Shown here one piece after another: positions 16,983-24,325 of a DNA stretch of 32,000 nucleotides. This DNA comes from Kiritimatiella glycovorans (GTDB lineage: Bacteria; Verrucomicrobiota; Kiritimatiellia; Kiritimatiellales; Kiritimatiellaceae), in contig NZ_CP010904.1 of assembly GCF_001017655.1 (NCBI RefSeq), positions 2,790,001-2,822,000 on the forward strand. The letters are read 5' to 3'. Every line of letters begins with the position of its first letter. The stretch's first letter is position 1. The notes under the pieces were generated by a model. The model was not told where the DNA came from, did not search any database, and saw nothing but the letters and a program-made list of their open reading frames with translations. The translations under genes and the position numbers were made by a program.

Positions 16983-18839
16983 GCGGCGGAAGACCACGCG
17001 TAATTCCATGTCATAGGTCTGCGGCCGATCGTCCACATAGGCCGCGCCGCCGGGAAAGGTGTCGCGGTTGTAGGCCCACCACGCGAGGTGCGCCGACGGC
17101 GGCCCGGGTTCGGCGCGGACCCGGAGGTACAGGGTCTCTCCCGCGGCGACGGGTGTGTCGAAAACGGCGCGCACTCTGTACTGGTTGTACATCTCCGCCC
17201 CGGAAAACCGCTGCGAGGCGAGACGCCTCCCGTGCTGATGAAGCTCAACGATCAGGTCGCACGGGGCGCCGAGCCTGCCCCAGGTCGGCACACGGAACTC
17301 CGCCGCGTGCATCCGCCCCGTCTCGGCGCGGAAGGTCTGGCCCAGTGAACGAACCCCGTGGAAATCGACGGGTTTGTGGTGCTGTTCGCCGCGGTGTAGA
17401 TCGACCACCTCCAGCTCCGGGTACTCGTCATAGTCCGGGTTCACGTCCGGAAGCGCATGACGGTACTCCTCGCAGCGCGCCCTCAGCCGCTCGAGCGTTT
17501 CGTGGTGCGCGGGGTCTCCGGCGAGATTATGAAGCTGATGAGGGTCGCGGCGGCGGTCGAAGAGCAGTTCGGGCTTAGCCGGCTCGCTGATCAGCCGCCC
17601 GTAGGTCCAGCGCAGGTCGCGCACCCCGATCGTCTTCGGGATGTCGCCCGCGTACTGGCCGTAGGTGGCCTCGTAGAAGAAGTCCTTGCGCCAGCCGCAG
17701 TCCGCACCGCGCAGCAGCGGGGTCAGGCTGCGACCCTGCATCGTATCCGGAACCTCGATTCCCGCCAGGGCCAGCAGGGTCGGCGCGAGATCGATATTGA
17801 GGGCGATCTCCCCGCGGCGGCGGCCGCGTAAATCGACCGGCGTACGCGGATCGTAGACGACGAGCGGTACGCGAATGGAGGGCTCGTAGATGAACCACTT
17901 GCCGTAGAGTCCGTAGTCGTGGATGAAGTGACCGTTGTCGCTGGTGAAGACGATGATCGTATTGTCGGCGATGCCGAGGCGTTCGAGCTCGCGGCGCAGG
18001 CGTGCGAGTGACTCGTCCACGCCCGTGATCAGCCGGTAGTACTGACGGACGATGCGGTGGTGGTGTTCCCGGTCCATCCTCGCGCCCCAGCGGAATTCGC
18101 GCGCGGTCATGGCGCTGTCTTTCGCGGCGCGGGAGCGGCGCACGCTTACGGGGAGCCCGTCGAAGGCCTCCTGGGTGAAGGTGGGCGGGACCGGCATGCG
18201 CTCGCCGCGGTAGAGCATGGCGTACTCCGGATCGAATTCATGCCAGGGTCCGTGCGGGGCCTTGTAGCTGATCGAGAGGCAGAACGGGCGGCCCGCGGCG
18301 CGGCTGAGGCGGATACACTCGAGCGCCTGGCCGGTGAGGAGGTCCGTGACGTGCGGCCCGCCGGGTCCTTCGGGGAAGTATTCGCCCTGCTCGAGGAACG
18401 GCTTGAAATAGTCGAAGGACCGCCCCGCCTCTTCCATCTGCGCCTGATGGATGGCGCCGATTCCGAACTTTCCGATCATCCCCGTGTAATAGCCCGCCTC
18501 GCGCATCCGCTGAGGATAGGTATCGCGCATCCATTCCGCATCGACCGGCGTCACGAAATCGCGGATGCCGTGGGTGCGCATGTACCGGCCGGTGAGGATC
18601 GAGGCTCGGCTGCTGACACAGATCGAGGTGGTGACGAAGGCATTTTCGAAGACCGTGCCCGTCTCCGCGAGGGTATCGAGCGCCGGCGTGCGGACGGTCC
18701 GGTTACCCGCGTAGCCGACGGCATCGGCGCGCTGATCATCGGTCAGCAGGAAGAGGATATTCGGGTGCCGATCCGCGGCTTGTGCCCGGGGCGCGACACA
18801 GGCGGCCCCCGCCGCGCCGAGAAAGGTTCTTCGTTTCAT
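16932..18839 (-). CDS. S1-family sulfatase with Tat-like signal and extra C-terminal beta-rich domain
   Basis: MKRRTFLGAAGAACVAPRAQA is an RRxFLG Tat-like signal. NILFLLTDDQRAD and SICVSSRASILTGRY form the sulfatase signature region, here with a non-canonical C-V-S-S-R core. About 200 aa of extra C-terminal sequence follows. The start was set at the ATG at 18839, 7 bp after the upstream sulfatase stop. Confidence 0.9.
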   Translation of the reverse strand: MKRRTFLGAAGAACVAPRAQAADRHPNILFLLTDDQRADAVGYAGNRTVRTPALDTLAETGTVFENAFVTTSICVSSRASILTGRYMRTHGIRDFVTPVDAEWMRDTYPQRMREAGYYTGMIGKFGIGAIHQAQMEEAGRSFDYFKPFLEQGEYFPEGPGGPHVTDLLTGQALECIRLSRAAGRPFCLSISYKAPHGPWHEFDPEYAMLYRGERMPVPPTFTQEAFDGLPVSVRRSRAAKDSAMTAREFRWGARMDREHHHRIVRQYYRLITGVDESLARLRRELERLGIADNTIIVFTSDNGHFIHDYGLYGKWFIYEPSIRVPLVVYDPRTPVDLRGRRRGEIALNIDLAPTLLALAGIEVPDTMQGRSLTPLLRGADCGWRKDFFYEATYGQYAGDIPKTIGVRDLRWTYGRLISEPAKPELLFDRRRDPHQLHNLAGDPAHHETLERLRARCEEYRHALPDVNPDYDEYPELEVVDLHRGEQHHKPVDFHGVRSLGQTFRAETGRMHAAEFRVPTWGRLGAPCDLIVELHQHGRRLASQRFSGAEMYNQYRVRAVFDTPVAAGETLYLRVRAEPGPPSAHLAWWAYNRDTFPGGAAYVDDRPQTYDMELRVVFRRLSSTWGHPREYRTRIP

Positions 18840-18846
18840 GAAGCGG

Positions 18847-20439
18847 CTACTTGTTCTGCTCGTTCCGCCACCGCCAGATGTGGAACAGGTCGTACTCTTC
18901 CTCCAGCGCCTCGAACTGCTGCGCCATCCGCCGGCGCACCTCGGGGTGTTCGGCGGCGACATCCTCCATCTCGATGTAGTCCTTCTCGAGATTGTAGAGC
19001 TGCCATTCGCTGTTGTTGATTTTGGTGATCTTCCATTCGCCCCGGCGCATCATGCGGAAACTGGGCATCCCGGAAATAAAGGCGTCGTCGTCCGGGCGGC
19101 GGCCGCCCTGAAAAGCCGGCAGGAGCGAGCGCCCGTGCAGCGGTTCGGCGGGGCGGCCTTGAAAGGTCTCCGGATAGTTTGTGCCGGTAAGCTCGAGAAA
19201 GGTCGGCGCGAGATCCACCACGTGGCCGATCTGATCAGTGATGCGGTTGCGGCCCTCGACGCCGGGGCCCATGACAATGAACTGCGTGTTGCAGCCCCCG
19301 CCCAGGCCGAACCACTTGTACTGGCGGAACGGCGTGTTCGAGAGGTTCGACCAGGGCACGGAGGGACTGCGGTAGGATTCGGGATGCCCCGGCGGCTTGG
19401 TATAATGGATGTTGTAGTCCTGCGCGCAGGCCCCGTTATCGGACAGGTAGAGCACCAGCGTGTTTTCCAGGCGGCCCTGCTCCCGGAGCTTCTTCAGGAG
19501 CCGGCCGATGTCTTGGTCCATCCGGTCGATCATCCCCGCGTAAACGGCCATCTCGAGCGACATCCGCTCCTGCTCGGAGGCGGAGAGGGAGTCCCATTCA
19601 CGGTAGCGCCACACGTTTTTGCGCCGCTCCGGCCAGTCGTCTTTCGAGTTGAATTGGCCCTTGCCGCGGTGGAGGAGGTCCTCGGGCGGACTCAGCCGGC
19701 AGTCTTCGGGGACGACGCCCTCGCGCTTCATCTTCGCAAACCTCTTTTCGCGCAGCTTGTCCCAGCCCTCCCGATAGACGTCGCGGTACTTCGCGATATC
19801 CTCCGGCCGCGCCTGGAGCGGGAAATGGGCCGTGTGGTAAGGCATGTAGAGGAAGAACGGCTTGTTCTCTTCCGCGGTCCTGTCGAGGAACTCGAGCGCG
19901 TAATCGGTCATCACGTCGGTCTTGAAGAACGGATCGCGGCTCCGCTTGAGGTCGGCGATCGGGACCTTCTGGCCGTCGAGTTCGAACGGACTGCCCTCGT
20001 CGTCGCGGAAAAAGAAGTCCGTGCACCCCCAGAACGTAAGCGAGCGTTCGAAATTCCTGGCGCCGAACTCCCTGTAATCCGGGATGGTGGGCACGAGGTG
20101 GTTCTTGCCGAACATGGCGGTCGCGTAGCCGTTCGCCTGCAGCAGTCGGCTGAAGGGCGCGCAGTTTTTATAGCCGCCGTAGAGCCCCGTGAGCAGCACC
20201 GAGCGCGTCGGGGCGCATTTGGCCATATTGTAGAACTGGCGGAAGCGAAGTCCGCTGCGCGCCATCGCATCGAGGTTCGGAGTATCGATCTCGCTTCCGT
20301 AGCAGCCGATGTCCGAGAACCCGATGTCGTCGCCCATGATCAACAAAATGTTGGGGCGCGTACGTTTCTGTCCCGCCGCACCGGTCAGGGTCGCCAGGCT
20401 GCAAGCGCTCGCGGCACCTATGAAGGCTCGTCTTTTCAT
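18847..20439 (-). CDS. S1-family arylsulfatase with Tat-like signal
   Basis: MKRRAFIGAASACSLATLTGAAG is the signal. NILLIMGDDIGFSDIGCYGS and the canonical AKCAPTRSVLLTGLY (C-x-P-x-R) are present. The start was set at the ATG at 20439. Confidence 0.9.
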   Translation of the reverse strand: MKRRAFIGAASACSLATLTGAAGQKRTRPNILLIMGDDIGFSDIGCYGSEIDTPNLDAMARSGLRFRQFYNMAKCAPTRSVLLTGLYGGYKNCAPFSRLLQANGYATAMFGKNHLVPTIPDYREFGARNFERSLTFWGCTDFFFRDDEGSPFELDGQKVPIADLKRSRDPFFKTDVMTDYALEFLDRTAEENKPFFLYMPYHTAHFPLQARPEDIAKYRDVYREGWDKLREKRFAKMKREGVVPEDCRLSPPEDLLHRGKGQFNSKDDWPERRKNVWRYREWDSLSASEQERMSLEMAVYAGMIDRMDQDIGRLLKKLREQGRLENTLVLYLSDNGACAQDYNIHYTKPPGHPESYRSPSVPWSNLSNTPFRQYKWFGLGGGCNTQFIVMGPGVEGRNRITDQIGHVVDLAPTFLELTGTNYPETFQGRPAEPLHGRSLLPAFQGGRRPDDDAFISGMPSFRMMRRGEWKITKINNSEWQLYNLEKDYIEMEDVAAEHPEVRRRMAQQFEALEEEYDLFHIWRWRNEQNK

Positions 20440-20590
20440 GGTGTGCTCCATCGCTTCGGGTTCGCTTTCAAAAAGACTCAAGGGGCTAAAAAAGCTCCTA
20501 TAAGATATAGAGCATATCCCGGGTTAATCCTGAAGCTCAAATAATATCTCCACGTCCGCCACCTTGTCCTCCCTGACTCCGAATTCCCAC

Positions 20591-21838
20591 TCACTCCCAC
20601 ACCTCGTCGATCACCTCGCGCGCGATCCGGGTCCAGCGGCGGAGGCGGTCGGGATCGCGTTCGACGGTTTCGATATCCTTGAGGTTGATCTGGACGTGGC
20701 CGCCGCGCATAGCGGCCAGGTCGCGGCGCAGAATCCGGCGGATGCGATCCTCGTTGAACTCGCCGCAGATCATGTCGGTGGGGTTGGGGCGATAGGAGAT
20801 GATGTAGTCCGACCCGATCTGTTCCGCGCATCGTTTCGGGTCGGCGGAGGGCGTGACGGCGATAATGCGCAGGTTGGGGATTTGTCGGAGGATATCGATT
20901 TTTTCCGTGAGGTTCTCGCAGCATCCGTAGGAGATCGCACCGAACTCCTTCATGATCGGAATCTGGTATTGCAGCATGAATATGTCGTGAAACTCCGGGG
21001 AGACGAGGGTGAGTTCCTGCGCCATGCAGCAGGCCCAGAGATCTCTGCGGCGGCGCGGACCGGAGTTGGGCTTCGGCCGTTCGAGGTCGTCGCTGTAGAG
21101 TTCCGTCTGATTGATCTGCGAGGTGAGCGTCCAGTGGCCGGCGTCCTCGGCCTCGCGGTGGTTGGCGAGGATGCCGTCGCGCATATAGGCCAGTAGTTTG
21201 TGCAGTTCGTCCGGGTACTCGTACATGTCCGTCATGATCGTCTCGAGCCCCCGGAGCTGCGCGAGGTCCGTGGAGATATCCATCCGGGTTCCCTGGCACA
21301 GAGGGCCGCGGTTGACATCGATCGGGATCAGGTCGCCCACCGCGTCGCCTATCTTTTCGACTGCGGCGCGGGTGAGATTTTCGTCGACGCAGTGATGCGG
21401 GAAATGCATCTGATTCATCAGCGACCAATCGTCGAGCGAGGAATGCATCTTCATCGCCCCGCCCTCCATGGCGCTGGGCTCGAAATCCTGCGCCAGTCCC
21501 CAGGGCCGCCCGCCGTAGGTCTCGATAGCCGCGCCCTGTGTGAGCCACGGCTCGATGATCTGGTCATCGCCGATTTCGGACACGAACAGCCGCATCTTAA
21601 GCCAGCGCTCATGTTCGCGGAAAAGCGGGTCTGCGCATTTCATCTGCGCATCGCCGAACATCTCTTTGCAGAAGGCGTTGAACATACCGACCATCACAAA
21701 GATCGGCGGCGGCGTCGGTTTAAACGCATGATGCGCGCTCCACAACCTGCGGCGTTCCTCCTGGATCGGGTCGTACGCGACCTCGAGATAACGCTTCACC
21801 GTCTCGCGCAACGCCTGAATATCGTGCTTGTCGGACAT
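20591..21838 (-). CDS. conserved-looking hypothetical protein (function unknown), first gene of the sulfatase operon
   Basis: 415-aa ORF with natural amino-acid composition and no signal peptide. It is co-directional with and upstream of the two sulfatases. The competing 356-aa ORF 20478..21548 is Arg/Pro-rich and judged spurious. Confidence 0.6.
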   Translation of the reverse strand: MSDKHDIQALRETVKRYLEVAYDPIQEERRRLWSAHHAFKPTPPPIFVMVGMFNAFCKEMFGDAQMKCADPLFREHERWLKMRLFVSEIGDDQIIEPWLTQGAAIETYGGRPWGLAQDFEPSAMEGGAMKMHSSLDDWSLMNQMHFPHHCVDENLTRAAVEKIGDAVGDLIPIDVNRGPLCQGTRMDISTDLAQLRGLETIMTDMYEYPDELHKLLAYMRDGILANHREAEDAGHWTLTSQINQTELYSDDLERPKPNSGPRRRRDLWACCMAQELTLVSPEFHDIFMLQYQIPIMKEFGAISYGCCENLTEKIDILRQIPNLRIIAVTPSADPKRCAEQIGSDYIISYRPNPTDMICGEFNEDRIRRILRRDLAAMRGGHVQINLKDIETVERDPDRLRRWTRIAREVIDEVWE

Positions 21839-22048
21839 GAGACCTCCCTCTCGTTTTCCGCCCGCACCCTAACGGGGCAGCAGGGGCGCTTTCCTCTGGT
21901 TTTCGGACAACCTTCTGGAGAAAAACGACGGAAGCCGCCCGATCTTCGAATCATGCCCGACAGGGGATCGGTTCCCGGGCGGATCTGCTTGAGCCCGTGA
22001 ACGTATGGAAGTTATGCTGCGATTGCACTCACGGCCGGTGATCACTGC

Positions 22049-22136
22049 GGAGAGGTGGCAGAGTGGTCGAATGCACCGGTCTTGAAAACCGGCGGGCCGC
22101 AAGGTCCCGGGGGTTCGAATCCCTCCCTCTCCGCCA
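22049..22136 (+). tRNA. tRNA-Ser (anticodon UGA), CCA encoded
   Basis: Acceptor stem GGAGAGG/CCTCTCC. Anticodon arm CCGGT-CTTGAAA-ACCGG gives anticodon TGA. The long variable arm is CGGGCCGCAAGGTCCCG and the T arm is GGGGG-TTCGAAT-CCCTC. Discriminator G is followed by CCA. Confidence 0.92.
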
Positions 22137-22156
22137 ACAATTTATACGCGCGCGCG

Positions 22157-23359
22157 AGTAGCCAGCGCAACACTTGAGGGATGAAGAAGGTCACGCGGTA
22201 AGTTACGTTCTTCGTGTACTAGCAATACATGGAGGACGCAGTGGCTTACGAACGCGTGACCAGGACAGAACGTAATCTGATCCGCATGTGGCGTCAAGAC
22301 GGGTACGGGCAGCGAGAGATTGCTCGACGGTTGGGGCGAGCGGCGAGCACGATCAGTCGAGAGATCGCCAGGAACACGGGGGGCAACGGCTACCAGCCGC
22401 GTCAGGCGCACAGGATGGCCCAGGAGCGGTCCAGACGGCCCGGAGTGCGACGGTTCACCGAGGAGCTGAGGCCCGTTTGCGGGAGGGCTGGACGCCTGAG
22501 ATGATCGGTGGGCGCGCTCGCCTTGAAGGGCGTCCGTGGGTGTGTAAGGAGACGATCTACAAGCACGTCTACGCGGATGCGAAGGCGGGCGGGGATCTGT
22601 GGCGCCACCTTCCGCGTGCGCACCGTAAGCGCCGACGCCGTTGTCCTCGCGAAGATGGTCGAGTCCGTGGGCGGATTCCGAACCAGCGAATGATCGACAC
22701 GAGACCGCCTGAAGTGGAGACGCGATCCACAGTGGGCCACTGGGAAGGCGACCTGATCCAAGGGGCGAGCAAGAGCGGCTATCTCGTTACCCTGGTCGAA
22801 CGCCGTACGCGTTTTACGCTGGTGGATCGGACGATGTCGAAGGAAGCGCGTGAGGTCACCAGAACGATATGCAGGATGTTCAACACGACCTCGGAAGCGT
22901 CGCGACTGACTTTAACGCTCGACAACGGTAAAGAGTTCGCCAGGCATGAACGCATGGCGACGAAGACCGGCATGGACATCTTCTTCGCACATCCCTATCA
23001 CTCCTGGGAACGAGGAACCAATGAGAACACCAACGGCCTGATTCGCAGGCTGCACCCCAAGAAGGTCTCTTTCCGGGGAATCGGTACAGCGGCACTGAAG
23101 CGCATCGACACATTCCTCAACGACCGTCCTCGAAAGTGTCTGGGATGGATGACGCCAAGGGAGAAGATGGCCGCCTTCCTTGCTTCCGCCCCGTGAAGAG
23201 CGGGGCTTGATCAAAACTCTTCCGCCGTGGGGCGCGGTTCTCTGCCCCCACCCAACGCTTCCGCTTGCCTTCAGGCTCCCAACACGGCAACCTCCCACTC
23301 AACCAGCAACACGAAGACGCCTTGTGCGCTGACCAGCCCCTACTGTTGCGTTGGCTACT
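22157..23359 (+). mobile_element. IS30-family insertion sequence (~1.2 kb)
   Basis: Terminal inverted repeats are agtagccagcgcaaca (22157-22172) and tgttgcgttggctact (23344-23359), matching 15/16 when reverse-complemented. They bracket an IS30-type transposase. The left end lies 20 bp after tRNA-Ser. Confidence 0.8.
22229..23196 (+). pseudogene. IS30-family DDE transposase, split by a frameshift near 22466-22470
   Basis: The N-terminal HTH part (ERVTRTERNLIRMWRQDGYGQREIARRLGRAASTISREIARN...VRRFTEEL) is in the 22229 frame and stops at 22504. The rest (ARLREGWTPEMIGG...HWEGDLI...TLDNGKEF...ERGTNENTNGLIRR) continues in the 22288 frame. Joining the two parts needs a 1-nt correction. Confidence 0.75.
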
Positions 23360-23392
23360 GGCTGTCGGGGGGATCCGTGAATGACGCCGCCC

Positions 23393-23928
23393 TGGAGGGA
23401 CGGGTTCCACCCCGTCCTCTTTTGCGGTCGGCGTTGGAGGGACGGGTTCCACCCCGTCCTCTTTTGCGGTCGGCGTTGGAGGGACGGGTTCCACCCCGTC
23501 CTCTTTTGCGGTCGGCGTGGAAGCCGACCCTCCATGGGGAGATCACCCCCTCTCTGGAGGGACGGGTTCCACCCCGTCCTCTTTGCGGTCGGCGTGGAAG
23601 CCGACCCTCCATGGGGAGATCACCCCCTCTCTGGAGGGACGGGTTCCACCCCGTCCTCTTTGTGGTCGGCGTTGGAGGGACGGGTTCCGCCCCGTCCTCT
23701 TTGCGGTCGGCGTGGAAGCCGACCCTCCATGGGGAGATCACCCCCTCTCTGGAGGGACGGGTTCCGCCCCGTCCTCTTTGCGGTCGGCGTTGGAGGGACG
23801 GGTTCCACCCCGTCCTCTTTGCGGTCGGCGTGGAAGCCGACCCTCCATGGGGAGATCACCCCCTCTCTGGAGGGACGGGTTCCGCCCCGTCCTCTTTGCG
23901 GTCGGCGTGGAAGCCGACCCTCCATGGG
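23393..23928. repeat. mosaic tandem array of two modules: A (41-42 bp, 9 copies) and B (36 bp, 4 full plus 1 truncated copy)
   Basis: A = tggagggacgggttcc[a/g]ccccgtcctct(t)ttg[c/t]ggtcggcgt, starting at 23393, 23435, 23477, 23555, 23632, 23673, 23750, 23791 and 23868. B = ggaagccgaccctccatggggagatcaccccctctc, starting at 23519, 23596, 23714 and 23832, with a 20-bp partial copy at 23909. The order is AAABABAABAABAB'. Confidence 0.95.
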
Positions 23929-24000
23929 TTCATCTTATAAAGAGATTGCAATATAGCGATGTATGAATGTGCAAGGCCGGGGCAAGAGGAGGCTGGGTTC

Positions 24001-24300
24001 ATGGAGATGGAGCAGGGAGATCGGGAGCGGGCGGCGGAGTTGTTGCGGGCGTTGGCTCATCCGGTGCGCCTGGGGGTGATCGAGCAGCTTGGCCGCGGTG
24101 AGGCGACGGTGACCGAGTTGTACACGAGACTGGGTTGCAGTCAGCCGGTGATGTCGCAGCAGATTTCCATTCTCCGCACGCATCGTCTGATCGAGGTGCG
24201 CCGGGAAGGAAACACGAAGCACTGTTCGTTGCGGGATCCGAAGATTCTCAAATTGTTCGAATGTCTCAACCGTCACCTGGATGAGCTGAATCGGGGGTAA
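24001..24300 (+). CDS. ArsR/SmtB-family transcriptional regulator (no canonical metal-site motifs)
   Basis: LLRALAHPVRLGVIEQLGRGEATVTELYTRLGCSQPVMSQQISILRTHRLIEVRREGNTKHCSL is a winged-HTH of ArsR type. The start was chosen at the ATG at 24001, which has gaggagg 8 nt upstream; the ORF opens at 23959. Cys residues are at 46, 75 and 88 of the 99-aa product, and there is no ELCVCDL-type motif. Confidence 0.85.
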   Translation: MEMEQGDRERAAELLRALAHPVRLGVIEQLGRGEATVTELYTRLGCSQPVMSQQISILRTHRLIEVRREGNTKHCSLRDPKILKLFECLNRHLDELNRG

Positions 24301-24325
24301 GGCCCCGTGGAGAGGAGAGAAGACG

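Noticed and set aside
22440-22510. Programmed ribosomal frameshift in the IS30 transposase
   Set aside because: IS30-family transposases are normally single ORFs. I see no slippery heptamer or downstream structure at the frame junction. A 1-nt deletion or sequencing error is more parsimonious.
23393-23928. CRISPR array (regularly spaced ~42-bp repeats with 36-bp intervening segments)
   Set aside because: The apparent spacers (module B) are all identical to each other. Many repeats abut directly with no spacer, and no cas genes or leader are nearby. This is a tandem mosaic repeat, not a CRISPR array.
23117-23966. Seven overlapping ORFs of 78-237 aa on both strands across the repeat array
   Set aside because: Their sequences are periodic translations of the A/B repeat units (e.g. 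EGRVPPRPLL, WRDGFHPVLF). They are open in several frames simultaneously only because the GC-rich repeat lacks stop codons.
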